Origin: Candidatus Aenigmatarchaeota archaeon
GTDB lineage: Archaea > Aenigmatarchaeota > Aenigmatarchaeia > CG10238-14 > SCSR01
Length of the DNA: 63,499 bases
Assembly: GCA_039090665.1 (NCBI GenBank)
Contig: JAWCSL010000003.1
Span: 1-63,499, forward strand
Direction of reading: 5' to 3'
This document shows, one piece after another, positions 15,807 to 25,783 of this stretch. The notes beneath the pieces were generated by a model. It had not been told where the DNA came from. It worked only from the letters and a program-made list of their open reading frames with translations, and ran no database searches. The translations under genes were made by a program, and so were the position numbers. Position 1 is the stretch's first letter. The number at the start of each line of letters is the position of its first letter.

Positions 15807-18604
15807 CTGCTCCAATATTTTCTAGTTCTTACGAATTTTCTCTCTTCTTCCAGGATATCTCTCAAGAAATCATCTTCATCTCTGTGAAATCTCGCAAGAA
15901 TTCTTTTTGCAGTTTCTGGTCCTACACCTCGGGCTGCTAAAGCTATTGCTGCTTTTTTCCCATACACAAGGAAGAGATCTGCAGCTTGTCTTATCCTTTC
16001 GAATTTTCTCTTTTCCCCTTCAGCCAAAGCTCCTCTCAATTTCTTTTTCACAAGTTTTATTGCTTCCATGTTTCTTGGATGAACTACAGCCAAAAGCTTT
16101 GCTTCACACTTCTTACACTTCACTTTATCAGAAATTTCTTTAACTAAGAAGCTTTGCTGCCATTGTCCGCAATTGACGCAAACAAGCTTCACGCTTGTGT
16201 TCAAAAGCCTTTTCTTGAAAAGTTCGAAGATTTCAAGTTCTGGTCTCGGAGGTCCAACAAGCTCCGCAAACTCGTGCCTCAAACCAATTTTTCCAAGAGG
16301 CGAAAGACCAGGTTTAAATACAACATCAATTTCCCTGTTTTGGATCTTCTTCAAAATTTCTGTAGCTTTTTCTATGTCAAGCTTTTCAGTTTCCAACTCT
16401 TTCAAAGTCTCCTTGAAGATTGGTGTACCAATAAAACTTTCAGCGATTTTTCCTAATCTCACTTTGCTGTAGTCAGCATCTTTTGCTATAGCTCCAAACC
16501 TCTTTGCCACATGCACAAACTTCCACTCGAACAAATTGCTCTTGCTTAAGTACATCTCAATGTAAGTCCTCAAATGCTCTGGGTTTGTTTTGAAGAGAAC
16601 TTCTTTCAAAAGCTCTAGAGCTTTAACTTGGAAGTGTAAGATTATTCGGTAAGGATCTGTTCTCAAGCCAACAGAACCAATCCTTGCTGTCAAAAGAGAA
16701 GATAAAAATCTGCCTAGAGTTTCATTCACGAGAGATCCAAAACAAGCATGAATTATCACAGAATTTTCATAATCTTCTATCAATATTGTCTTATCATCTG
16801 GCACTACACCATACTTCTTCTGCTGTTTTATCGTCTTGATCATCTTCTTGGCACAATTTTCGTCTATCGGATAAGCTGACAAGAGCAAGTTAATAATTTC
16901 ACTTTCACTTTTTTCTTCCAAATATTCTGACAAAATTTTTCTCAACTTTCCAACTTCTTGTGCAACTTCAAAAGGAACTGGAATGAGCTCACCTTCCCAT
17001 CCTGGTATGGCAGCCTCTATGTCCTCAACTGGCTCAACAAAAATTTTGTCTTCTTCAACTGAAATTATCTTGTAAGGTTCACCTTTCAAGATGAAAGTTG
17101 TTCCTGGTTCAGCATTTAATACTACAAACTCTTCATCTAACACGCCAACAAAAGAATTGTCTAAGCTGTTGAAAACTTTGAATTGTTTTGTGTCAGGAAT
17201 TGTTGAAAGCTGGGTGAAGTAATATTCAAAACCTCTCCTCTTCTTCTTGATTTCACCGTTCAAGAAAATTAGTCCAAGTTGTTGCAACTGTTTGCAAACT
17301 TCCAAAAATTCGGTGAAGCTTAGATTTTGATAAGGATAAGCTCTTCTCACGAGCTCGTAAGCTTTTTGAAGCTCAACTTTCCAATTGTCGAGAGTCAAGC
17401 CAACGATCTGGTGAGCCAAAACATCTAAAGAATTTTCATGTAGCTTCAAGCTTTCAATTTCTTCCTTCAAAGCTTTTCTTGCTATCAAAGCTGACTCAAA
17501 AACATCATCTTCATCTGTTGCTATTATTATTCCTTTGCTTACTTTTTCAACACCATGTCCACTCCTTCCTATCCTTTGAATTGCTTGCGTTACAGTACGA
17601 GGAGACATGTACTGAAGCACAAGATCAACACTTCCTATATCAATTCCCAATTGAAGCGAGGAAGTTGCTATTATGCTTTTGATTTTTTCCTCCTTGAAAT
17701 CTTTCTCAGCTTTTATTCTAACTTCTTTGCTTAAACTTGAATGATGAACAGCCACAGGAAAATCTTTATCCAAAGCTTTAATTCTTGAAGCCAAAATTTC
17801 TGCAAACTCCCTCGTGTTGGTAAAAGCTAAAACAGAGCGAGATTTTTTTATGAGTTCCATTATTGTTCTAAGTCTTGCTGCAGTTTCTGGTGTGACGAAA
17901 AGCTTTTTAGCTATTTTCATATCTTCAGCTTTAGGTTCAGGGCTTATGACTTTTATCTCCATGGCTTTTGGTTGAATTGCTTTAATTATTTCGATATTTC
18001 CATTTGGACAGAGAAACTTTGCAACTTTTTCTGGTGAGCCAACTGTTGCTGACAAGCCAATGATCTGAAAATCATGGCCAGCAAGTATTTTCAATCTCTC
18101 TAAAGCTAAAGCAAGTTGAGTTCCACGCTTGCTGTCAACGAGCTCATGAATTTCATCAACCACAACATATCTTACACTCTTCAAATGCTCTCTTATTACC
18201 TTTCCCGGTAAAATTGCTTGTAAAGTTTCTGGTGTTGTTATCAAGAGCTGGGGAGGAAATTCTGCTTGTTGTTTTCTTTCATAAGACGAAGTGTCACCAT
18301 GTCTTACAGAAGCTTCTATTCCAATTTCATTACACCACCAAAGCAACCTATCAAGCAAATCTCTATTGAGTGCTCTCAAAGGGGTGATGTAAAGTATTGC
18401 TATGGGCTTTGGTTTTTCTTGCATGAGAAGATGAAAAAGAGGAAGCATGCAACTTTCTGTTTTTCCTAAGCCTGTGGGTGCAATTATCAAAACGTTCTTT
18501 CCTTCTAAAATTGGTTTAAAAGCTAGCTCTTGGACTAAAGTTGGTTTAACAAATCTTTTTTTCACAATTTTTTGAAGTTCTGGGTTCAAAAACTCGAAGA
18601 CCAT
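15803..18604 (-). CDS. lhr: Lhr-family SF2 helicase with C-terminal Zn finger
   Basis: APTGLGKT, DEIHE, SATV, HHSSLS, QRIGRSGH, CVNC..CKKC, ARGVGPETA. Confidence 0.93.
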   Translation of the reverse strand: MVFEFLNPELQKIVKKRFVKPTLVQELAFKPILEGKNVLIIAPTGLGKTESCMLPLFHLLMQEKPKPIAILYITPLRALNRDLLDRLLWWCNEIGIEASVRHGDTSSYERKQQAEFPPQLLITTPETLQAILPGKVIREHLKSVRYVVVDEIHELVDSKRGTQLALALERLKILAGHDFQIIGLSATVGSPEKVAKFLCPNGNIEIIKAIQPKAMEIKVISPEPKAEDMKIAKKLFVTPETAARLRTIMELIKKSRSVLAFTNTREFAEILASRIKALDKDFPVAVHHSSLSKEVRIKAEKDFKEEKIKSIIATSSLQLGIDIGSVDLVLQYMSPRTVTQAIQRIGRSGHGVEKVSKGIIIATDEDDVFESALIARKALKEEIESLKLHENSLDVLAHQIVGLTLDNWKVELQKAYELVRRAYPYQNLSFTEFLEVCKQLQQLGLIFLNGEIKKKRRGFEYYFTQLSTIPDTKQFKVFNSLDNSFVGVLDEEFVVLNAEPGTTFILKGEPYKIISVEEDKIFVEPVEDIEAAIPGWEGELIPVPFEVAQEVGKLRKILSEYLEEKSESEIINLLLSAYPIDENCAKKMIKTIKQQKKYGVVPDDKTILIEDYENSVIIHACFGSLVNETLGRFLSSLLTARIGSVGLRTDPYRIILHFQVKALELLKEVLFKTNPEHLRTYIEMYLSKSNLFEWKFVHVAKRFGAIAKDADYSKVRLGKIAESFIGTPIFKETLKELETEKLDIEKATEILKKIQNREIDVVFKPGLSPLGKIGLRHEFAELVGPPRPELEIFELFKKRLLNTSVKLVCVNCGQWQQSFLVKEISDKVKCKKCEAKLLAVVHPRNMEAIKLVKKKLRGALAEGEKRKFERIRQAADLFLVYGKKAAIALAARGVGPETAKRILARFHRDEDDFLRDILEEERKFVRTRKYWSS

Positions 18605-18652
18605 AACATCACTTATAGCTTACGCTAAGCAGAAGAGGAATATATATTAAAT

Positions 18653-18674
18653 ATTTCACTCTCATAAGTGAAAT
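18653..18674. promoter_or_regulatory. Perfect 8-bp inverted repeat between divergent lhr and nth
   Basis: ATTTCACT-ctcata-AGTGAAAT. Confidence 0.45.
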
Positions 18675-18712
18675 GCTATACTCTATTATTTCTCCTTACT
18701 TAAATATTTTTT

Positions 18713-19417
18713 GTGAATAAGAGAGAAAAAATGCAAATAGTGATGAAATTCTTGAAGAAAAAATATGGGAAAGAAATAAGAAGCTTTCTCAAAACAAAGC
18801 CAGATATTTTCAAGCTTTTGATAACAACAATCCTTTCCCAAAGGACAAGAGATGAGAACACAAGAAAAGCTGCAAAAATTTTGTTTTCTGTAGCTTCAAA
18901 ACCAGAAGAAATTTTGAAACTTTCTGACAAAAAATTACAAAAGCTGATAAAGCCTTCTGGTATGTACAAACAAAAAGCCAAAAACATCAAGAAGCTTTGC
19001 AAGATTTTGGTCGAAGAGTTAAAAGGAAGAATTCCAAGCTCAAGAGAAGAGCTTATGAAGCTTCCAGGAGTAGGAAATAAAACTGCTGACATTGTTTTAT
19101 CTTATGGGTTTGGACTTCCTGTTATCGCTGTTGATATTCATGTGGAAGTTTGCAACAAAAGATTGGGCTTGGTTGATGAAAAAGCTAACTACATGGAAAT
19201 AAGGAAAAGTTTGGAAAAAATCGTACCAGAGAAAGATAGGTATCTTGTCAATTTAGGTTTTGTTAAATTTGGTCAAGAGATTTGTTTGACGAGAAACCCT
19301 AAATGCTACGCTTGCCCTTTCTTCGATTTTTGTCAGTTCAAAAATAAATTCTCTATAAAGGAAAAATATATTAATGAAGTTTCAAGGAATTGGGATAAAG
19401 GAAGCGAAAAAAGATGA
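18713..19417 (+). CDS. nth: Endonuclease III
   Basis: ILSQRTRDE, HhH LPGVGNKTA, AVDIHV, C-x6-C-x2-C-x5-C cluster motif. Confidence 0.94.
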   Translation: MNKREKMQIVMKFLKKKYGKEIRSFLKTKPDIFKLLITTILSQRTRDENTRKAAKILFSVASKPEEILKLSDKKLQKLIKPSGMYKQKAKNIKKLCKILVEELKGRIPSSREELMKLPGVGNKTADIVLSYGFGLPVIAVDIHVEVCNKRLGLVDEKANYMEIRKSLEKIVPEKDRYLVNLGFVKFGQEICLTRNPKCYACPFFDFCQFKNKFSIKEKYINEVSRNWDKGSEKR

Positions 19418-19868
19418 TTTTGAAGCTTTGCTTAAACTTTGGAAAAAAGCAACGGACTATCATCACAAGCTTGACAAAAAAAGATTTTTGTCTGGAGAAG
19501 AAAGGGAAAATTTTTTAAAGAAGAGGTTAAAAGAGTTTTTGGCTAAGAAGAGAAGAAACAGGAAAATTCTCTTAGCTGTCAAGAAAGAAAAACCAATTGG
19601 TCTTTTTATCGCCTCAATTCGTAAATCTCCAAACTATTTGCGTGAGAGAAAAATTGGTGAAATTGAAGTGGCTTTTATTGAAGAAAAGTTCAGGAGGAAA
19701 GGAATAGGGAAAATGTTGTTTGAAGAATTGGTGAAGTGGTTCAAGAAAAGGAAAATAAACCTAATAGAAGTTTTAGTCGATTCAAGAAATGAGATAGGAA
19801 TTTCTGCTTACAAGAAATATGGTTTCAAAGAAGTTGCAAAGAGGATGGCTTTGACTTTATCAGAATAA
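19374..19868 (+). CDS. GNAT acetyltransferase
   Basis: FRRKGIGKML and AYKKYGF motifs. Confidence 0.88.
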   Translation: MKFQGIGIKEAKKDDFEALLKLWKKATDYHHKLDKKRFLSGEERENFLKKRLKEFLAKKRRNRKILLAVKKEKPIGLFIASIRKSPNYLRERKIGEIEVAFIEEKFRRKGIGKMLFEELVKWFKKRKINLIEVLVDSRNEIGISAYKKYGFKEVAKRMALTLSE

Positions 19869-19896
19869 TATTTTAGAAAAAATTCAAATTAATCTT

Positions 19897-22572
19897 ATGA
19901 ACCAAACCAAGTGGCACATCTTTGAAGCTGAAGATGTGATGAAAATCCTTGAAAGTAGCGAAAATGGCTTAAGTGAGCAAGAAGCCAAGCAAAGACTTGA
20001 AAAATTTGGGTTGAATGAGATAAAAGAAAAGAAAAGAATTTCTCCTTTAAAAATTTTCTTGAGGCAGTTCAAAAGCTTTTTGATAGGTATATTGCTTGTT
20101 GCAGCAATCGTTTCTTTCTTTCTAAAAGAATTTCTCGACGCTTCGGCAATTTTTGCAATCTTGATGATGAATGCTTTTCTAGGATTTTACCAAGAGTACA
20201 AAGCAGAAAAAGCGATGGAATCTTTAAAGAAGATGATGGTTCAGAAAGTTAAAGTGATAAGGGAAGGGAAGCAAACAGAAATTTCTTCAAAAGAGCTTGT
20301 TCCTGGCGATATTATAATTCTCGAAGAAGGTGAAGGAATTCCTGCTGATGCTAGGATAATAGAAGCTTTCGGTTTGGCTACAGATGAATCAGCTTTGACT
20401 GGAGAATCAACACCAGTTGAAAAACAAGTCAAGCCAATTCAAGATTTACCAATAGCTGAAAGAAACAACATGGTCTTCATGGGAACTTATGTTGCTAGAG
20501 GAAGAGGTAAGGCTATTGTGGTTGCTACCGGAATGAACACAGAAGTTGGAAAAATAGCGAAAGAGATTGAAGAAGCAGAAGAAGAAACTCCTTTGCAGAA
20601 AAAACTTGACAAGTTTGGAAAATGGTTGGGCTTGCTTGTTCTTGTTGTTTGTTTCTTTGTCTTTGTTTTAGGCTACTTGGAAGATTTGGATATAGTGGAT
20701 GATTTCTTCACAGCAGTGGCTTTAGCTGTTTCAGCAGTTCCAGAAGGCTTGCCTGCTGTTGTTACAGTAGCTTTGGCTTTAGGCGTGAACAAAATGGCAA
20801 AAAGGAATGCTTTGGTTAGAAAGCTTTCGGCAGTTGAAACTTTGGGCTGTACTACAGTGATAGCTGCGGATAAAACTGGAACGATGACTGTGAATGAGAT
20901 GTGTGTGAAGAAGATTTGGTGTTCTGGCAAAATAGTTGAAGTTTCCGGCACAGGTTTCGAGCCAAGAGGAGAATTTTTCTCGGAAGGAATGAGAATTGAG
21001 CCAACAAAAAACAAAGATCTTATGCTTTTGATAAAAGCTGGTTTGCTCTGCAACAATTCAACTTTAGAATTCAAGGAAGGAAAATGGCATGTGGTTGGTG
21101 ACCCAACAGAAGCTGCTCTGCTTGTGTTAGCTTCAAAAGCTGGTCTTGCAAAACAAGAAAAAGCAGAGTTTGAAATTCCATTTTCTTCTGAAAGAAAGCT
21201 CATGACAGTAGTTTACAAACAAGGAAAAGAATTCGTAGCTTTCACAAAAGGTGCTCCTGAAAAAGTTCTTCAGCTCTCTACTTACATCCTAAAGAAAGGT
21301 AAAACAGAAAGGCTGAGCGAAAAAGAGAAAGTAAAGATAAGCTTTGAAATGGAAGAAATGGCAAAGCAAGGTTTTAGAGTTTTGGCTCTAGCTTACAAGC
21401 GAGTGAAAAAAATTGAAGAGAGCAAGCTTGAGAAAGATTTAACTTTCTTGGGATTTGTTGGGATGATTGATCCTCCTAGACCAGAAGTCAAACAAGCAAT
21501 AGAAACTTGCAAGCAGGCTGGCATAAGGGTTGTGATGATAACTGGAGATCACAAGCTCACAGCTTTGGCAGTAGCTAAAGAAATTGGTTTGGTTGAAGGC
21601 GAGGAAGAAGTTTTAACTGGTGAAGAGCTGGAAAAAATGAGTGAAGAAGAGCTGGAAGAAAAAGTGGAGAAAGTTGCAATCTATGCAAGAGTTTCACCTC
21701 AGCACAAGTCAAGGATAGTTAAAGCTTTGAAGAAAAAAGGCCACATAGTTGCTGTCACTGGAGATGGAATAAATGATGCTCCTGCTTTGAAAAAGTCTGA
21801 CATCGGAGTTGCAATGGGAATTAAAGGAACTGATGTTGCTAAAGAAGCAAGTGATATGGTTCTGCTGGATGACAATTTTGCAACAATAGTTAATGCTGTG
21901 GAAGAGGGAAGGGGAATTTACGACAACATAAGAAAGTTCGTGAGATTTTTGCTCTGCTTGAATTTCGATGAGATAGCTTTGATAACAACTGCAATTATTT
22001 TATCAACTATGTTACCAAATTTACCTTTGCCTTTGTTACCTTTACAAATTCTTTGGCTAAATTTGCTTACAGATGGTCTTCCGGCTTTGGCTATAACCGC
22101 AGATCCGTACGAAGAAGATTTGATGAAAAAGAAGCCAAGAAATCCAAAGCATGGAATCTTGCATGGTATGCTTCCTTTCATACTCATGGCAACTTTAGTC
22201 AATTTCATCTCCACATTCACTATCTTCATCTGGAGCTTTAACTCTGGTTATAGCCCAGAAAAAATTAGAACGATGGTGTTCACTACAGCAGTTTTCTTTG
22301 AGTTGTTCTTTGTTTTCAATTGTCGCTCAGAGAACAAATCGGTTTTCAAGAAAGGTTTTTTAGACAACAAAAAACTTTTGGTTGCTGTTTTAATTTCTTT
22401 CTTGCTTCAGCTTCTTGCAGTTTATCATCCTTTCTTCCAGCAAATCTTCAAAACGGTTGCACTTGGACCAAAAGAATTTTTTGTCATTTTGGCAATGAGT
22501 TCTTTGGGCTTGTTGGTCTTGCCAGAAATTTTCATGAATCGCGATTTAAAATTCAGAAGAATTGAAAGTTAA
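19897..22572 (+). CDS. P-type (P2A-like) cation ATPase, probably Ca2+
   Basis: TGES, VPEGLP, DKTGT, KGAPE, TGDGINDAP, NLLTDG. Confidence 0.95.
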   Translation: MNQTKWHIFEAEDVMKILESSENGLSEQEAKQRLEKFGLNEIKEKKRISPLKIFLRQFKSFLIGILLVAAIVSFFLKEFLDASAIFAILMMNAFLGFYQEYKAEKAMESLKKMMVQKVKVIREGKQTEISSKELVPGDIIILEEGEGIPADARIIEAFGLATDESALTGESTPVEKQVKPIQDLPIAERNNMVFMGTYVARGRGKAIVVATGMNTEVGKIAKEIEEAEEETPLQKKLDKFGKWLGLLVLVVCFFVFVLGYLEDLDIVDDFFTAVALAVSAVPEGLPAVVTVALALGVNKMAKRNALVRKLSAVETLGCTTVIAADKTGTMTVNEMCVKKIWCSGKIVEVSGTGFEPRGEFFSEGMRIEPTKNKDLMLLIKAGLLCNNSTLEFKEGKWHVVGDPTEAALLVLASKAGLAKQEKAEFEIPFSSERKLMTVVYKQGKEFVAFTKGAPEKVLQLSTYILKKGKTERLSEKEKVKISFEMEEMAKQGFRVLALAYKRVKKIEESKLEKDLTFLGFVGMIDPPRPEVKQAIETCKQAGIRVVMITGDHKLTALAVAKEIGLVEGEEEVLTGEELEKMSEEELEEKVEKVAIYARVSPQHKSRIVKALKKKGHIVAVTGDGINDAPALKKSDIGVAMGIKGTDVAKEASDMVLLDDNFATIVNAVEEGRGIYDNIRKFVRFLLCLNFDEIALITTAIILSTMLPNLPLPLLPLQILWLNLLTDGLPALAITADPYEEDLMKKKPRNPKHGILHGMLPFILMATLVNFISTFTIFIWSFNSGYSPEKIRTMVFTTAVFFELFFVFNCRSENKSVFKKGFLDNKKLLVAVLISFLLQLLAVYHPFFQQIFKTVALGPKEFFVILAMSSLGLLVLPEIFMNRDLKFRRIES

Positions 22573-22625
22573 CCTACTTCAGGAGTTACAAATCTTTATA
22601 ATGAGCTTTTTCTCAAAAGCTTCTC

Positions 22626-23036
22626 ATGAAGCTGAAGAAAATTTTAATTGGAACAATAGCAATAGTTTTGCTAGTTTCTTCGGTTCAAGCTTTGAGCGTA
22701 AATATAACAGAAGGTATGATATCAAGCCTTGAGCCAAAAGAGTTTCTCGTGAACTTTGGAATGTTGACAGGAGCTATAACTTTTAGGCTTGGTAATTACA
22801 CTTGGCCTGCTAACGAAGTTTGGCTCGTGCCTGTTGGGACCAATCCAAACCAATTCAAGTCAAATAACACTTACCTTGAAATTCCAGAAAACATAACTTA
22901 CACAACCTGCAAGACAAGTGTTTACTTTAATTCAACCTACGGTTTTGCTTTCAAATCTTTAGCAAAAATTTTACCAGATGGAACTTTTTGCATCTTAGCT
23001 TACAATGGAACTTATGATGTTGTTGCAAAATACTAG
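22626..23036 (+). CDS. Secreted hypothetical protein
   Basis: Signal peptide ending VQA; several N-x-S/T sequons. Confidence 0.7.
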   Translation: MKLKKILIGTIAIVLLVSSVQALSVNITEGMISSLEPKEFLVNFGMLTGAITFRLGNYTWPANEVWLVPVGTNPNQFKSNNTYLEIPENITYTTCKTSVYFNSTYGFAFKSLAKILPDGTFCILAYNGTYDVVAKY

Positions 23037-23257
23037 TGAGCAATATGCGGGCATTGTGTTTAGCTTTAATCCTTTTCCTTCTTCTCTTGATTTTTCTTTT
23101 TGCAAGAAACTTGGAAATTTCTAAAACAGGGAAGTTCTTTGAATCAGTTAAACCTAGTAATGGAGAATGGAAAGTTGTGACAAGAGTTGAAATTCTGAAC
23201 GGGAAGATAGTCAATGTGTCAAAAAATTTGATTGAAATAGAACGAGTTTTTATTTAA
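23036..23257 (+). CDS. Small membrane-anchored hypothetical protein
   Basis: N-terminal hydrophobic helix; packed between neighbours. Confidence 0.55.
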   Translation: MSNMRALCLALILFLLLLIFLFARNLEISKTGKFFESVKPSNGEWKVVTRVEILNGKIVNVSKNLIEIERVFI

Positions 23258-23287
23258 ATTTCGGAAAACAAAATATAAAAAGAGAAG

Positions 23288-23914
23288 ATGAAATTCAAGT
23301 TTTTAGACTGGATTTACAGGATTTTTGGACTGAGAAGAAACATTAAGATAGGAATTTATGGTGAGACAGGAGTAGGGAAAACAACTTTAGCGAATAGAAT
23401 CTCTCTTGATTGGACTGGCGAAGAGATTGGTAAAGTTACGGGAATACCTCATGAAACTAGAGCAGTTCAAAAAAAGGAAAAAATTGAGATAAAGGTTAAT
23501 AAGAAGAAGATCTTGCTAAGCATCTTGGACATGCCTGGCTTGTCCACAAAAGTTGATTATAGAAGTTTCTTGAAGTATGGTCTTTCAAAAAAAGAAGCAA
23601 GGGAAAGGGCAAGGGAAGCAACTGAAGGGGTAATAGAAGCAATTAAATGGTTAAGTAATGTGGATGCTGTTTTGGCAGTTATGGATGCGACTCGTGACCC
23701 GTTGACTCAAGTCAATATTACATTGCTTGGAAACCTTGAAGCCAGAAAAATTCCTGTGATAATAGTGGCAAACAAGATTGATAAGAAAGGAGCCAAACCT
23801 CACTTGATAAAGGAGGCTTTTCCAACTTATCCTGTTGTTGAAATCTCAGCCTTAAAAGGAAAGAACATGGATTCCCTTTACGAAGCTATAGCAAAATATG
23901 CAAGGGGAGGATGA
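23288..23914 (+). CDS. oapA: Small Era-like GTPase (OapA-like)
   Basis: GETGVGKT, GIPHETR, DMPG, NKID, SALKG; followed by DUF2073-like and Zn-ribbon genes. Confidence 0.85.
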   Translation: MKFKFLDWIYRIFGLRRNIKIGIYGETGVGKTTLANRISLDWTGEEIGKVTGIPHETRAVQKKEKIEIKVNKKKILLSILDMPGLSTKVDYRSFLKYGLSKKEARERAREATEGVIEAIKWLSNVDAVLAVMDATRDPLTQVNITLLGNLEARKIPVIIVANKIDKKGAKPHLIKEAFPTYPVVEISALKGKNMDSLYEAIAKYARGG

Positions 23915-24327
23915 TGAAGTTAAAATTCGATTTTGTTTCTTCAGCTGTCTTGGAATCTAAGCCAAGAGATAAAAGAATAAACTTCATCTTGAACAAGGTC
24001 AAAGATGGAACAATTTTGGTTACAGATGGGGTTATGAGTCCAGAAGAAGAAATGGAGCTTATAAAAGAGACGATGAGAAGAGTTGATGAGGGCTTTCCAG
24101 GAATTGAAGTTGCTAGTTTGAAAAAACCTGTGAGTGGAATAGCAAAGTGGATTGAAAAATTTTCGGAACAAAAAGATAAGGTAAAAATTTTCTTTGCGAG
24201 CTTGACTGGAGAGAAAAAAGTTTCCAAAAGTTGGAAAACTGGCTTAACTTTAATAGGGCCTGCTAAATACATCAAACAAGTGAAGAAAAACCCCAATTCT
24301 TTTTCAATTTTAACAGAGGTTAAATGA
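23911..24327 (+). CDS. oapB: DUF2073-type protein (OapB-like)
   Basis: ILVTDGVMSPEEEMELIKETM...FPGIEV...GLTLIGPA. Confidence 0.82.
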   Translation: MMKLKFDFVSSAVLESKPRDKRINFILNKVKDGTILVTDGVMSPEEEMELIKETMRRVDEGFPGIEVASLKKPVSGIAKWIEKFSEQKDKVKIFFASLTGEKKVSKSWKTGLTLIGPAKYIKQVKKNPNSFSILTEVK

Positions 24328-24743
24328 TGCATAAGTGTGTGAGATGTGGAACAATTTATCAGGATGAGGATTCTTCAATATTGAGAGGATGCACAAGTTG
24401 TGGATCAATTTTTTTCCTTTATTTAAAAGATCAACAAGATTTAGCTCAAGTAAAAGAGATAGAGAAAGAGCTTGAAGCTAGAGACACAACACTTGAAAAA
24501 GAAATAGTCAAAAAGATTGAAGAAAAAAAGGAAGAGCAGAGATTTGTTGTTGAAAAAGACAAGAAAAAAGCTAAGAAGGAAAGAAAGATTAAGTTTGGAA
24601 TTGAGACTGTGAGGATACCAAGAGAAGGAGTTTATGAAATAAATCTTGACGCTTTGATGCAGAAGAAACCTTTGATAATTTTGGAAAAGGGGAAAGTTTA
24701 CTTCATTCACTTACCTTCTGTTTTTGAAAGCAAGAAAGAATAA
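24324..24743 (+). CDS. oapC: Zn-ribbon protein (OapC-like)
   Basis: MHKCVRCG...GCTSCGSIFF...ETVRIPREGVYEINL. Confidence 0.85.
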   Translation: MMHKCVRCGTIYQDEDSSILRGCTSCGSIFFLYLKDQQDLAQVKEIEKELEARDTTLEKEIVKKIEEKKEEQRFVVEKDKKKAKKERKIKFGIETVRIPREGVYEINLDALMQKKPLIILEKGKVYFIHLPSVFESKKE

Positions 24744-25376
24744 TTAGCAAACTAATAATTATGTTCAAGATATTGCTTTGGAGTGTAGCTAGTGTAACAT
24801 TTTTTTGGTTTGATATATTATGGTGCACATAGGGAAGATTCACATGAATCCCATGTTTCCTCATTTCAAACTTCTTGATAAACACGCACAACCTCTTCAC
24901 AATCTCTTAAAATGCTAGGATCAATAAAATCTTGATATGCTTTTGGCTTCAAAATGTTGAATTTTATCATCCATGTTCCTTGCTCAATAGGGCACTTCAC
25001 TTTAAACGGTTCAGAAGATGAAAATTGTTTTTAATCTTTTATTTTTCCAAAAAACTGTAAAAGAATTACTTGTTCATACTTTAAAAAGACGGGAAAATAT
25101 CGACGAAATATTAGCTTGAGCTACAATTTTGATCACATAAATTATTCTTTTTGTACCTTGTGGTTCTTCAAACAATCTAAAAAAGTAGAAGAGAAAAAGA
25201 TTTAAGCAAGTAATACCAATAAAAATATAGAAGAAGAATGCAGTCCCTACCTTTGTGGTTGCACAGAATGCTTGTAGCAAGGCTTTTTATTAGTTGCTAC
25301 ACCACAAAGGGTCAATTTGGGATGATTCCTTCTTTTTGATTCCAAAGGATGACCAGAAAATTAATTTCATGTTCTT

Positions 25377-25555
25377 GAATTGGCATGGGTCAATGAGAAA
25401 GGGCGAGACTAACCCCTAAGAGGTATTCTGATAGATCGACACCGGTTTAAGGTCTCCGTCCCCTCAACATTGAGAATGAACTGGAGAATTGAAAAATCGA
25501 CACCGGTATGTAAATCTAATTCTTCCGTTCCTCGAATTTCTCATTGACTCAATTC
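25377..25555 (+). ncRNA. Candidate structured RNA upstream of lysW with twin AUCG-ACAC-CGGU hairpins
   Basis: 14-bp closing stem 25387-25400/25537-25550; ATCGACACCGGT at 25435 and 25496; G-U pairs favour the + strand. Confidence 0.6.
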
Positions 25556-25588
25556 GTGGTAAAATTTAAATAGGGGAGGTTGAGAGAA

Positions 25589-25783
25589 ATGAAAAGCAAT
25601 TATGTTGGAAAATGTGAAGAATGTCTAGCAACAGTAGAATATATGGAAGGGGATCCAATTGTTGGTGAAGTAATAACATGCCCGGAGTGTGGAAGTGATC
25701 TGGAAATTATAACTATAGAGAGAAGCTCTTATACTCTTAACTTTAGAAAAGTCAAGCTGCAGGGAGAAGATTGGGGTGAATAG
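25589..25783 (+). CDS. lysW: LysW-type amino-group carrier protein
   Basis: CEEC...VGEVITCPECGSDLEI...C-terminal EDWGE; GGAGGT SD. Confidence 0.9.
   Translation: MKSNYVGKCEECLATVEYMEGDPIVGEVITCPECGSDLEIITIERSSYTLNFRKVKLQGEDWGE

Noticed and set aside
24750-25330. Short minus-strand ORFs between oapC and the structured RNA
   Set aside because: Several fragmentary frames with no consistent coding signal; possibly a decayed gene, but unsupported.
23288-25560. Replication origin next to oapABC, as in haloarchaea
   Set aside because: I could not recognise an ORB consensus or an adjacent orc1/cdc6; the ATCGACACCGGT repeats do not resemble ORBs.
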